Shown here piece after piece: positions 31,576 to 42,106 of a stretch of DNA of 64,000 nucleotides. Location: positions 297,264-361,263 of the forward strand of contig CAWBKP010000012.1 in NCBI GenBank assembly GCA_963789395.1, written 5' to 3'. The position numbers were made by a program, and so were the translations under genes. The first letter of the stretch is position 1. Each line of letters opens with the position of its first letter. A model generated the notes under the pieces. It was given only the letters and a program-made list of their open reading frames with translations. It was not told the DNA's origin and ran no database searches. The DNA is from an uncultured delta proteobacterium. GTDB taxonomy: Bacteria > Desulfobacterota > Desulfobacteria > Desulfobacterales > Desulfatirhabdiaceae.

Positions 31576-32499
31576 ATGCTGAAATATTTTTTCAAGCGGC
31601 TTCTTGCCATCATACCGGTGCTGGTGGTGGTCTCCATTCTGGCGTGCGGATTTGTGCGGCTGCTGCCCGGAGACCCCGCCCGCATGATGGCGGGCCAGGA
31701 TGCGGACGCCGAAACCATCGAAAGGCTCCGCAGAGATCTGGGGCTGGATCGCCCCCTGCCGTCACAGTACGTCACCTATATGGGCAAGGTGTTCAGGGGT
31801 GATCTTGGCGTAAGCCTGAAATCCAAACTGCCGGTGTTTGACGAAATCGCCCTGCGGTATCCGCCCACCATGATCCTGGCCGTTGCCGGAATGGCCTGGT
31901 CGGTGGTGTTCGGTGTTTTTTTCGGGGCGATCGCCGCCATTTACAGCGGCAAATGGCAGGACTACACCGCCATGCTCGTCTCGGTTTCCGGCATCTCCAT
32001 CCCCCAGTTCTGGCTGGGGCTGTTGTTGATCCAGTTTTTTTCCGTGTATCTGGGCTGGCTTCCGGTTACCGGATACACCGGAAAAATATCGGAGCTGATC
32101 CTGCCGTCCATCACACTGGGTGCGACCGTTGCCGCCATCATGGCCCGGTTTACGCTCTCGGCGTTTCTGGACGTACTGGATGAGGAATATATCAGCACGG
32201 CCCGGGCCAAGGGGGTGAGCGAGCATCTGGTGATGTGGAAACATGCCTTTCGAAACGCCCTGATCCCGGTGGTCACCATGATCGGCCTTCAGTTCGGGTT
32301 TCTTCTGGGCGGCTCCGTTGTGGTGGAGATGGTCTTTGCGTGGCCGGGCATGGGCCGGTTCATGATCGAAGCGGTTGCCGTGCGGGATTACCCCGTGCTG
32401 CAGGCCCTGCTGCTGCTCTATTCCTTTCATTTTGTGTTTATCAGTCTTCTGGTGGATATGCTGTACGCGCTGATCAATCCGGAAATCAGGTACGAATGA
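31576..32499 (+). CDS. gsiC: Peptide ABC permease
   Basis: LLPGDPARMMAG, STARAKG, HAFRNALIP, RDYPV, INPEIRY. Confidence 0.85.
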   Translation: MLKYFFKRLLAIIPVLVVVSILACGFVRLLPGDPARMMAGQDADAETIERLRRDLGLDRPLPSQYVTYMGKVFRGDLGVSLKSKLPVFDEIALRYPPTMILAVAGMAWSVVFGVFFGAIAAIYSGKWQDYTAMLVSVSGISIPQFWLGLLLIQFFSVYLGWLPVTGYTGKISELILPSITLGATVAAIMARFTLSAFLDVLDEEYISTARAKGVSEHLVMWKHAFRNALIPVVTMIGLQFGFLLGGSVVVEMVFAWPGMGRFMIEAVAVRDYPVLQALLLLYSFHFVFISLLVDMLYALINPEIRYE

Positions 32500-32660
32500 A
32501 TAAATTCGAAATCCGAACACGAAATCCGAAACAATGACCAAAAACTTAATGTTCAAAACGGTGCAGTTACAAACTGCCCGTTTTCGTCATTTTGATATTG
32601 GAATTTTGAATTTGTTTCGAATTGCGGCTTTCGATATTCGATTTTAGTATTCGAATTTAG
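32500..32660. repeat. Long imperfect inverted repeat built from heptamer-like (A/C)GAAATCC / TTCGA(A/T)(A/T) units
   Basis: Left arm AAATTCGAAATCCGAACACGAAATCCGAAACAA; right arm TTGTTTCGAATT..TTCGATATTCGATTTT..TTCGAATTT. Confidence 0.65.
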
Positions 32661-32684
32661 TGCCTAAAGTCTGACAAGGTATTT

Positions 32685-33536
32685 ATGCCGGAAACCAAGT
32701 TAACCCCTTTCGGGATATTTTTTCATAAATTCAGACAGCGAAAAACCGCGGTGGTCGCAGGACTGTTTATCGTGATCCTGGTGCTGGTGGCTGTTTTTGC
32801 GCCGGCCATCGCCCCTTATGATCCGTATCTGATCAATTACAGCCTCTCCATGATGCCGCCCAGCACGGACCATCCGGCCGGAACCGATCTGTACGGCAGG
32901 GACATCCTCAGCCGGATTATTTACGGCGCCAGAATATCGCTTGCCGTGGGGTTCACTTCCGTCTTGATCGGGGCACTGGCAGGAGTCACCCTGGGGCTCA
33001 TCAGCGGCTTTTTCGGCGGTTTTCTGGACGGGCTGATCATGCGGACATCGGATGTCCTGTTCGCCTTTCCCGGCATTCTGCTGGCCATCGCCATTGTCGC
33101 CATCCTGGGCCCCGGGCTCGTCAATGTGGTGGTGGCCGTATCCGTCTTCAGCATGCCCACTTTTGCCCGCATCGTGCGCGGCAGCACCCTGGCCCTGAAG
33201 GAAAGCCTGTATGTCCGGGCCGCCAGAAGCATCGGCGCATCCAAAAAACGCATCATGTTCGTGCATATCATGCCCGGCACCCTCAGCAGCGTGATCATTT
33301 ATTTTACGCTTCGCATCGGCACCTCCATCATCACGGCGGCAAGCCTGAGCTTTCTCGGACTCGGCGCCCAGCCGCCGACACCGGAATGGGGCGCCATGCT
33401 GGCCGAAAGCCGGGATTACATCGGGGTGGCGGATCACATGACCATTTTCCCCGGCATCGCCATTTTCCTGACCGTATTGTTTTTCAATCTCTTTGGCGAC
33501 GGCCTGCGGGCCGCATTGGACCCCAAACTGAAATGA
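32685..33536 (+). CDS. gsiD: Peptide ABC permease
   Basis: HPAGTDLYGRDILSRIIYGARISL, FLGLGAQPPTPEWGAML, GDGLRAALDPK. Confidence 0.85.
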   Translation: MPETKLTPFGIFFHKFRQRKTAVVAGLFIVILVLVAVFAPAIAPYDPYLINYSLSMMPPSTDHPAGTDLYGRDILSRIIYGARISLAVGFTSVLIGALAGVTLGLISGFFGGFLDGLIMRTSDVLFAFPGILLAIAIVAILGPGLVNVVVAVSVFSMPTFARIVRGSTLALKESLYVRAARSIGASKKRIMFVHIMPGTLSSVIIYFTLRIGTSIITAASLSFLGLGAQPPTPEWGAMLAESRDYIGVADHMTIFPGIAIFLTVLFFNLFGDGLRAALDPKLK

Positions 33537-34248
33537 CCGCACGAAACCGCTCATTGCCGTCGTGGCCCACACGGAAATCAACCGCTTCGGCCTTTTGGCC
33601 GACAGCATTTCAGTAACGTATACCGAAGCCGTGGAAAAGGCAGGCGGTCTGGCGATGATTCTTCCCTTTACGCAAAAACAAGATCTCATCCCCCTGATGG
33701 TGGATAAGGCCGACGGGTTTCTTTTCACGGGCGGCATGGATGTCGATCCCGCGTTTTACGGTGAAAAGGGGATTGCCGGGTTGGGATCAGTCAGCGCCGA
33801 ACTGGACCGGTTTCAGATGGCGGTTTTTCATGAAGCCGCGGCTTTGCAAAAACCGGTTCTGGCCATCTGCCGGGGAATCCAGCTGATCAATGTGGCCCTT
33901 GGCGGCTCCCTTTTTCAGGACATTCCTTCCCAGTTTTCCGCACCCGTTCTGAAACACATGCAGGATACGCTTTCTTTTGACGTGGATCATCCGGTGATCA
34001 TCGAACCCGGCTCCAGACTCTTTGACCTCTTCGGTCCCCGAATCATGGTGAACAGCCGTCATCATCAGTCCATCAAAATCCTTGGAAAGGATCTTATCAT
34101 TACCGCCAGAGCCCCGGACGGGGTGATCGAGGCGGCCCAGCACAAAACCCTGCCCATGGACCTGGTGCAATGGCACCCGGAGCTCATGCTGCGGAAAAAC
34201 GATGATATGCTATGTCTTTTCAAGTCGTTTATCAAACAAGCATGTTGA
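33533..34248 (+). CDS. Gamma-glutamyl hydrolase, peptidase C26 (PuuD-like; frameshift near start)
   Basis: FTGGMDVDP, AICRGIQ nucleophile, VNSRHHQ, VQWHPE. ATGA overlap with gsiD. Confidence 0.85.
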
Positions 34249-34266
34249 TGGCTGCAGGGGCGACCC

Positions 34267-37200
34267 ATGTTCCGATTCTCGATACTAAAAAAATTCATTT
34301 TCGCATTTCTTTTTCTCTCGATTGTTCCGCTTGCCGTGCTGGGCGCGTATACCTGGCACTATACCTGGAAGATCGGCCAGAGTGCGATTGCCAGCAGCAC
34401 GATCCAACTTGAAAAGCGGGCAAGGGAGTCCATCGAACTTCAGGCCATCAATCTTGCCAATCAGGTCACGCAGCTATTGATGTCCTGCGAGGCGGACCTG
34501 TTGACACTCCAGATGCTCAAAAGAGACGCTGAAACCTACCGGCAGTTTTCCCTGAATCATCACCGCACGATCTGGACACGCAGATAACCGACAACAAACT
34601 ATCGGATGTATATCTGGATTCGCCGCTCTATCATGAACTGGCTTTTATCGATGCAATGGGCCAGGAACGCGTCCGGGTCGTTGGCAACCGCATTCATCGC
34701 CGAATCCGAGCTCCGGGATGTGAGCCGGCCCGAGAATACCGATTACGGGAACGAGCGGTATTTTGAGGAAACCCGAAAGCTTCTACAAGGCCAAATCTAT
34801 GTTTCTCATGTTACCGGATGGTATGTCACTCAGGAAGAACAGCTTAACGGCGCCAATAGCTGGATACGGCCATCGGCGGAAAGAGCTTCCAGGGGGTCAT
34901 CCGCTTCGCCGTCCCGTGCCTCGGAGAAAACGGATATTTCCACGGGATGGTTTTGCTGTCTCTGGACCATCGCCATCTGATGGAGACTGACACTCCATGT
35001 TCTGCCCACGGAAGAGCGATTCGTGGTCTTTCCCAGCTACTCCAGCGGCAATTACGCATTCATGTTCGATGATGAGGGCTGGACGATCTCTCATCCCAAA
35101 TACTGGAATATCCGGGGCATCCTTCCGGACGGCAGGCGAATTCAGTCTGGCGGCCGCCGACTATACCCTCGAAGACGTTGTCGAGGGAAAAGTCCCCTTT
35201 AATCTGGATCACGTGGACTTCATCAATCCCAATTATCCCCTGATTGCCAGAGAAGTCCGGGCCGGCCGGTCCGGCGTCACCAATACGTTCAACGTCGGCG
35301 GCATCCCGCGGGTAATGGCCTATGCACCGATTCTGTACAAAAGCGGTCCCTACGACAGATTCGGTGTTTTCGGGGGGATCACCATCGGCGTTCAAACCGA
35401 TAAATTCAAGGAACCGGCGTTGCTTACCCGTGCCAAAATTGATGAGATTGTTCTGCGGACCAAACAAAACAGTTTGGTTATCATCAGCATCACGGCTTTT
35501 GTCGCCATATTGCTGGCATTTGTTCTCTCCCGAAAATTGACCCGTCCCATCCTGCTTCTTTCCGACAAAGCAAAGGAGATCGCCACCGGACATCTTTCAG
35601 ACGACATCACCATTTCCACGGGAGATGAGCTGGAGATGCTGGCGCATAATTTCGTCCGCATGGTTGTGGAAATCACGGACCACCGAAAAAGCCTTGAACA
35701 CTCGCTGTCCGAGCTGGCCGAGTCCAAGAAATTCGTGGAGCAATATACCTTCGAGCTGGAAAAACAGGTCAGAATTCTGAAAAGCGTCCATTCCCTGAGC
35801 CATTACCTGGGCAATGAATTCGATCGCGAACTCGTGCTGCAGCAGGTGCTTCAGACCTGCGTCACGGGACTTGGCTTTGACCGGTCCATTCTTTATCTTT
35901 ACGATCCGCCGACCCGCCGCCTGATCTGCCATCAGACATTCGGATTTTCGAGCGAACATGAAAAGCGCGCAAAAAACGCCTCCTACGACATCGATCTTCA
36001 TGACTGCGTTCCGACCAGGGCGTTTCGATCCGGAGAAACCATTTTCATCCATGATATTCACACGGATCAGAATCGCCACCCCTCTGGACATCAAGATCAG
36101 CGAAATCGGCGAATTCGATTTTTTCGTGTTCACGCCTATCCGAAGCGGAGAGCGGATCATCGGCATCCTGGGCGCGGATACGGCCACCAGCCGCCGTGAA
36201 ATCGACAAAGTGGAAATCGAATCCCTTGCAGATCGTTGCCAATGACGCGGCCCGGGCAATCGAGCGCTCCGAGCTCTACCGGCGGTTTCTGGCCGAACGC
36301 GATTTCATCCAAGTCCATTTTTGCAAACATCCCCAGCGGCATCATCACGCTGGATGAAAACAGAAACGTTACATTTCTGAATCCCTACAGCGAAAACGTG
36401 TTTAAAATTCAGCAGAAAGCAGGCGCTGGGCAAACATTATCGGGAGGTATTCGGCCAGCTGCCTTCCTGGCTGCAGGTGATCGATGATTTCCTTCAGGCC
36501 AGGGAAGAGAAGCAATCCCTGGAACATCATCTGGTATTTCCGGACGGTAAGGCGATTTTTCTGGAAACGCATTTCTCAAAAATCCGCCAGAACGATCAGC
36601 GCCATATCATTGATCTGCTTTTTCTGCAGGGACATCACGGCCAGAAAACACATGGAAGAGCATATCCGGCGCTCCGATCGATTGATCAGCGTGGGGGTGC
36701 TGGCTGCCGGCATTGCCCATGAAATGAGAAATCCCCTGACCGGCATCTCCCTGCTCCTGGACGATCTTCACGATCATCTCGAAGATCGGGGCGAGAACCG
36801 GGAAATGATTCAAAGAGCCCTTCAGGAAATCGACCGGCTGGAGAATCTCATTACCGGCCTTCTGGATTTTGCGGCTCCGGCAAAGCCCGCGCAACTCACC
36901 GCCCGTCCTGTCAAGGACGTATTTCAGCATCTATTTTTTTTGATCAAAAAAACAATGCAAGAGCCAGAACATCAAACTGATCGAGCACCTGGAGGAAGTC
37001 CTGCCCCAGGTCAAATTTGGACCCGGAACGGTTGCTCCAGGCACTGCTCAATCTGCTTCTGAATGCCATTCAGGCAATGCCGGATGGCGGTGAGGTCAGA
37101 ATCCGGGTGAACAATGTCGATGCCAGAAGAATCCATGTTATCCGAGCCGGCCATCCGGATTGAAGTGAGCGATACGGGAAAGGGGATCCTGCCCGGCGAC

Positions 37201-37425
37201 ATCCCCTTTATTTTTGACCCGTTTTTTTCCCGAAATCCAACAGGGTCATGGCCTGGGACTTGCAATTGCACATAGCATCATTCAGGAACACGGCGGCCGG
37301 ATCTCGGTTTTCAGTGAACCGGCAAGGGAACCACATTCTGGATCGACCTGCCTGTCGTGGTGGCATTCAGTATTTTCCAGGCAATACGCTTAAGACAAGG
37401 CGAACCTCTTGCCAAACCTCTTTAA
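34267..37425 (+). CDS. Membrane sensor histidine kinase (extracellular sensor-HAMP-GAF-PAS-HisKA-HATPase), many frameshifts
   Basis: Fragments in order: TM, HAMP (GDELEMLAHNF), GAF, PAS (NIPSGIITLD), AAGIAHEMRNPL, NLLLNAIQAM, DTGKGI, FDPFF, GLAIAHSIIQEHGG. Confidence 0.8.
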
Positions 37426-37532
37426 TTGCCTCTTCTGCCATAGCGGCAAAAGCCGGTATCCAGTGAATTCGAACGCTTCTGGACCCCGGTTTTCACCGGG
37501 GTGACGATCGGCGGCACTGTTGCAAGAGGCTC
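37402..37532. mobile_element. 131-bp MITE-like element with 11-bp terminal inverted repeats and 5-bp flanking direct repeat AAGGC
   Basis: Ends GAACCTCTTGC / GCAAGAGGCTC (10/11 match). AAGGC at 37397-37401 and 37533-37537. Internal GC hairpins. Confidence 0.7.
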
Positions 37533-37567
37533 AAGGCGAGTATTTTGTCTGTGAGGCGTGGTAACAC

Positions 37568-38941
37568 ATGGAAAAAATCCTTATTGTTGATGATGAACCC
37601 TTCATCTGCGAAAATTTAAAGCGGATTCTCGAAGAGGAAAACTACGCAACGGTGGTGGACCGGGACGGCAGCAATGCCCTGAACATCCTCAAACAGGAAA
37701 CCGTCGATCTGGTCTTTCTGGATCTGAACCTTCCTGAGATGTCCGGACTGGATATTCTGGTCAAGATGAAACAGTGGGACCCGGATTTGCTGGTCATCAT
37801 CATCACCGGTTACGCTTCCGTGGAATCCGCTGTCAAGGCCCTGAAACTGGGCGCCTACGATTATATCAAAAAGCCGTTCAAGGCCGATGTCATCAAACTG
37901 ATCGTCAGACTCTCACTGGAAACCCAGCACCTTAAAAGAGAGGTCAGTACACTTAAAAAGCAGACAGAAGACCTCCTGGGAGGTCAGGCCCTGATCGCCG
38001 AAAGCCCTGTTTTTATGGAGATATTGAAACAGGTCCGCGAGGTTGCCCAACACTCCCAAACCACGGTGCTGATGACCGGGGAAAGCGGCACGGGAAAGGA
38101 TCTTATCGCCCGGACCCTGCACAATCTGAGCCCGCGCGCGGATCGGCCTTTTTTTGAAATCAACTGCGCGGCCCTGCCCGAAAATCTTCTGGAAAGCGAA
38201 CTCTTCGGTTATGAAAGCGGCGCCTTCACAGGAGCCAAAGGCAAAAAAATCGGAATTTTCGAGGCAGCCGATAAAGGCACGCTTTTTCTGGATGAAATCG
38301 CCGAGATGAATCTCGGGCTTCAGGCCAAGTTGCTCCGGGTTCTGGAAGACAAGAAAATTCGGAGGATCGGCGGGATTCAATCCCATGAAATCGATGTCCG
38401 GATCATTGCGGCGACCAATCAGAATCTGCGGGAGGCTGTCAGCAGCAAACGATTCCGCGAAGACCTGTATTACAGGCTTCATATCGTTCCCATTCACCTT
38501 CCCCCGCTTCGGGATCGGCCGGAGGATATTCTGGCGCTGACAAAGACATTTCTGGCGGAATTCAACCGGAAATTCGGAAGAACATTCAAGGGGATCGGCC
38601 CGGATGCCAAACAGCTGCTTTTAGATTACCGCTGGCCGGGAAATGTTCGCGAACTGCGGCATATCCTTGAAAGAATCTGCATCATGCATGACGATGAGAT
38701 GCTGAAAGAAATGCACCTGCCGAAGGAATTGACTGACAATCGGAAGAATTTGCCGTCATTGCCGTTTGACTTTTCGATCCCGGCGACCGGGATAGATCTT
38801 GAAGATGTTGTGGATCAATTTACGCAGTATCTGCTCCAGAAAGCCATGCGGATGAAGAACGGCAATATTTCCCATGTAGCCAAACTGCTCGGCATCCCCA
38901 GAGGAAACCTGCGGTACAAGCTTGAGAAATATCAAAAATAA
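37568..38941 (+). CDS. Sigma-54-dependent response regulator (NtrC/AtoC family)
   Basis: REC domain, GESGTGKD, ESELFGYESGAFTGA, WPGNVREL, Fis-type HTH. Confidence 0.93.
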   Translation: MEKILIVDDEPFICENLKRILEEENYATVVDRDGSNALNILKQETVDLVFLDLNLPEMSGLDILVKMKQWDPDLLVIIITGYASVESAVKALKLGAYDYIKKPFKADVIKLIVRLSLETQHLKREVSTLKKQTEDLLGGQALIAESPVFMEILKQVREVAQHSQTTVLMTGESGTGKDLIARTLHNLSPRADRPFFEINCAALPENLLESELFGYESGAFTGAKGKKIGIFEAADKGTLFLDEIAEMNLGLQAKLLRVLEDKKIRRIGGIQSHEIDVRIIAATNQNLREAVSSKRFREDLYYRLHIVPIHLPPLRDRPEDILALTKTFLAEFNRKFGRTFKGIGPDAKQLLLDYRWPGNVRELRHILERICIMHDDEMLKEMHLPKELTDNRKNLPSLPFDFSIPATGIDLEDVVDQFTQYLLQKAMRMKNGNISHVAKLLGIPRGNLRYKLEKYQK

Positions 38942-38999
38942 CAATGATCTGCGTGATATCGTGAAATGGTCCCGCTCTCACGCTCTTACACCATCAGAA

Positions 39000-39677
39000 T
39001 CAATAAATTTCCCGAATATTATTCCGGTGATCCACCATGTAAAGCAGCTTTGCTTTTTCCTTGAGCGCGGACTTGAGCTCTTCCAGTTTGATACGATCAA
39101 TGCTGTACATGCGGATATAGACATTCCGGAATCCTTCGGGCGCTTTCTCGTAGGATGTCAGAATGCTGGCCATTCTTCCTCCGAATCCGCGGATGATATG
39201 GGCAACTTCCAGGATGGAGCCCTGGCGGTCTTCCAGACAAAAGGCAAACTGGATACCCTTTTTCCCGATGCCCGTCAGGGAAATGATCACTTTGAACAGA
39301 TCGGTATGGGTAATGACTCCGACGACATTGCCGCCTTTATCCACAACCGGCACACCGGATATTTTATTGGCCAGCAATATTTCGGCAGTTTCTTCTATCG
39401 TGAAATCCGGCGGCACCGAAATCGGTTTAGCCGACATGATGTCTTTAATTTTAATGGTTGAGATCAGATAAAGAAGCTCATGAATTTCCAGGGTAGTGGC
39501 ATCGGACGGAGACGCTTTTTTCAGATCCCTGTCCGTTACAACGCCAACAAGGCGTTTTTTGTCCATTACCGGCAGAAGGGTAATCCGATGCGTTTTCATC
39601 AGATTCATGGCCTCCTGCATAGAGCTGTGCTTTTCTATCGTAATCGCTGGTTTGTTCATCCAGTTTTTTACAAGCAT
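39000..39677 (-). CDS. CBS+ACT domain protein (AcuB-like)
   Basis: MLVKNWM, TDRDLKKASPSDATTLEIHEL, ACT-like EDRQGSI. Confidence 0.85.
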   Translation of the reverse strand: MLVKNWMNKPAITIEKHSSMQEAMNLMKTHRITLLPVMDKKRLVGVVTDRDLKKASPSDATTLEIHELLYLISTIKIKDIMSAKPISVPPDFTIEETAEILLANKISGVPVVDKGGNVVGVITHTDLFKVIISLTGIGKKGIQFAFCLEDRQGSILEVAHIIRGFGGRMASILTSYEKAPEGFRNVYIRMYSIDRIKLEELKSALKEKAKLLYMVDHRNNIREIY

Positions 39678-39747
39678 GGAAATTACCTCCATGTTAAAAT
39701 CAGAAAGTGTTTTTAATGGTTACCACATGAATGGCGAGCTGAAGCTT

Positions 39748-40452
39748 CTATATGCCAAGATACGCCGCCTGGACATGCGGGTTGTTCAACAGGTCGGCTC
39801 CGGTTCCTTCAAGCGTGACCCTGCCGTTTTCAAGCACATATGCTCTGTCCGCGATGGTAAGGGTCTGCTTGACGTTTTGTTCGACAATCAGCACGGTCAT
39901 GCCTTCTTCCCGAATCCGTCTGATGACATTGAATATTTCCCGAACCAGGATCGGCGCCAGACCCAAAGACGGCTCATCCAGCATCAGAAGTTTGGGCTTG
40001 GACATCAGCCCCCTGGCAATGGCCACCATCTGCTGCTCTCCGCCGCTTAAGGTACCGGCAGGCTGATATTGGCGTTCCTGCAGCCGGGAAAACATCTTGA
40101 ATACCATTTCCTTGGTTTTTACGCGATCTTTGCGTGCCTCTCCTTTCAGGGACCCCATATCCAGATTTTCTTCAACCGTCATCTCCACAAAAAGCCTTCT
40201 GGCTTCCGGCACATGGGCGATTCCCATTTCGATAAGACGAAACGGCTCAACCGTATGGATGGGTTGATTCTCGAAGAGGATTTCCCCGTTTTTCGGCCGC
40301 AATATTCCAGATATGGTTTTGAGGGTTGTGGATTTGCCGGCACCATTAGCGCCGATCAATGCCACGACTTCGCCTTTTTTTACGTTAAAGGATAGTCCCC
40401 ATATCACCTGGACATCCCCGTAAGACACATCAATGTTCTTTATCTCAAGCAC
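39748..40452 (-). CDS. livF: ABC ATP-binding protein
   Basis: GANGAGKST, LSGGEQQM, DEPSLGLAP, AAYLG. Confidence 0.92.
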   Translation of the reverse strand: MLEIKNIDVSYGDVQVIWGLSFNVKKGEVVALIGANGAGKSTTLKTISGILRPKNGEILFENQPIHTVEPFRLIEMGIAHVPEARRLFVEMTVEENLDMGSLKGEARKDRVKTKEMVFKMFSRLQERQYQPAGTLSGGEQQMVAIARGLMSKPKLLMLDEPSLGLAPILVREIFNVIRRIREEGMTVLIVEQNVKQTLTIADRAYVLENGRVTLEGTGADLLNNPHVQAAYLGI

Positions 40453-40457
40453 CGTTT

Positions 40458-41168
40458 CTACTCTCCCAGATAGGCTTCAACGACCAGTGGATTGTTGCGA
40501 ATCTCCTGAGGTGTTCCCTCAGCGATTCTTTGGCCATAATTGATCACCACAATCCTGTCTGAAATACTCATGATTACTTTCATGTGATGCTCGATAATCA
40601 TGATCGTAATCCCGCGCGCCTTTATATTTTTTATAATTTCGATGGAATCATTCAATTCGGAATGATTCAGGCCGGCAAAGGATTCATCCAGCAGCAGCAG
40701 TTCCGGCTGGGTCGCAAGCGCCCGTGCAATTTCCAGTTTTTTGCGTTTACCCAGCGGCAAGCCCCGGGAAATCATATCTCTGTCTTCATACAGACCAGTA
40801 AATTGAATTGTCTCCAGCGCAATTTTTACTGCCTCGGTCTTGTTTTTTGCCCGCAAAAACGCAGACGCGATAACATTGTCCAGAACACTCATCCGCTGAA
40901 GCGGCTTGACCACCTGAAATGTCCGGGCAATACCGAGTTTGCAGATCTGATGGGGTTTAAGACCGGAGATAACCTGGCCCTTAAACAGCACCTGGCCTTT
41001 TGTCGGTGCGTAAAACCCGTCCACGATATTGAACAAGGTGGTTTTGCCGGCGCCGTTGGGTCCGATCAATCCCAGAATTTCCCCTTTTTGTATCGTAAAG
41101 GATACATCAGAGGAGGCGGCAAGTCCCCCAAAGAGTTTTGATACATTTTTGACTTCAAGTAAACTCAT
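40458..41168 (-). CDS. livG: ABC ATP-binding protein
   Basis: [24 protein letters not shown]. Confidence 0.92.
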   Translation of the reverse strand: MSLLEVKNVSKLFGGLAASSDVSFTIQKGEILGLIGPNGAGKTTLFNIVDGFYAPTKGQVLFKGQVISGLKPHQICKLGIARTFQVVKPLQRMSVLDNVIASAFLRAKNKTEAVKIALETIQFTGLYEDRDMISRGLPLGKRKKLEIARALATQPELLLLDESFAGLNHSELNDSIEIIKNIKARGITIMIIEHHMKVIMSISDRIVVINYGQRIAEGTPQEIRNNPLVVEAYLGE

Positions 41169-42106
41169 TTGAAAGCGCCTCCAAATTTAAGCACTCGTTT
41201 CAATTTTTGAAAATCTCCGACAATACCATTGGGCAGGAAAATGATGATCAGAATGAGCAGGATTCCGAAAAACGTTTGATGGGCAACTCCCAGACCGGGA
41301 ATGGAGCGGACCAGCTCCGCAAGGAAGACCATGATGATGGCTCCCACGAAGGGACCCCAGAATGTGGCCACTCCGCCGACCATAACGATCATGATTGTGA
41401 CGATGGAAACGTCATGAAGGGCAAAAACGACATGCGGATCGATATAACCCATGTAATTGGTGTAAAAAGCGCCCGCAATTCCGGTCAGAGCGCCGCTGAT
41501 ACACAGCGCAATGGTTTTATACCAAGTGGTATTGATCCCCAGCGATTCCGCAGCATCCTGATCCTCGCGAATGGCAACAAAATAATATCCCAGCTTTGAT
41601 TCGATCAAATATTTAACAACGAGAAAAGTGGCTGCCGCAATCGCCAGGATGATGTAATAATAATAGGTTTTGTTTACCCATGTTCTTTCCTGGATCAGAA
41701 TACCGAGGTTACCTCCGGTCAGCCAGTTCATGTTCTCGGCGGACACCCGCATGACCTCTCCCATGGCTAAGGTTGCCAGCCCAAAAAAAGGCCCTCTGAG
41801 CCTGAGAACGATAAGCCCGAGAAGAAAAGAAAAAATGGTAACTACGACAATGCTGAGGGGAACGCCCCACCATGGAGAAAGATCGAACTGGTAGTAAAGA
41901 ATACCCGACGTGTAAGCCCCAACACCGAAATAGGCCGCATGGCCAAATGAAACCTGGCCACAATAACCGGCAAGGAGGTTCCACGCCATGCCAACCGCTG
42001 ACCACATGATTACCAGTATGATCATGTGCAGCATGTAGGAGCTCAGCCCGATCACGGGCAATATCGCCAGAAGAGTCAAAACTATCAGAGGCAAATATTT
42101 TTTCAT
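41165..42106 (-). CDS. livM: Branched-chain amino acid ABC permease
   Basis: [33 protein letters not shown]. Confidence 0.9.
   Translation of the reverse strand: MKKYLPLIVLTLLAILPVIGLSSYMLHMIILVIMWSAVGMAWNLLAGYCGQVSFGHAAYFGVGAYTSGILYYQFDLSPWWGVPLSIVVVTIFSFLLGLIVLRLRGPFFGLATLAMGEVMRVSAENMNWLTGGNLGILIQERTWVNKTYYYYIILAIAAATFLVVKYLIESKLGYYFVAIREDQDAAESLGINTTWYKTIALCISGALTGIAGAFYTNYMGYIDPHVVFALHDVSIVTIMIVMVGGVATFWGPFVGAIIMVFLAELVRSIPGLGVAHQTFFGILLILIIIFLPNGIVGDFQKLKRVLKFGGAFK

Noticed and set aside
34267..37425. Programmed frameshifting, phase variation or selenocysteine readthrough as the cause of split ORFs
   Set aside because: The breaks are frame changes across many unrelated genes, with no in-frame TGA at Cys positions and no consistent slippery motif.
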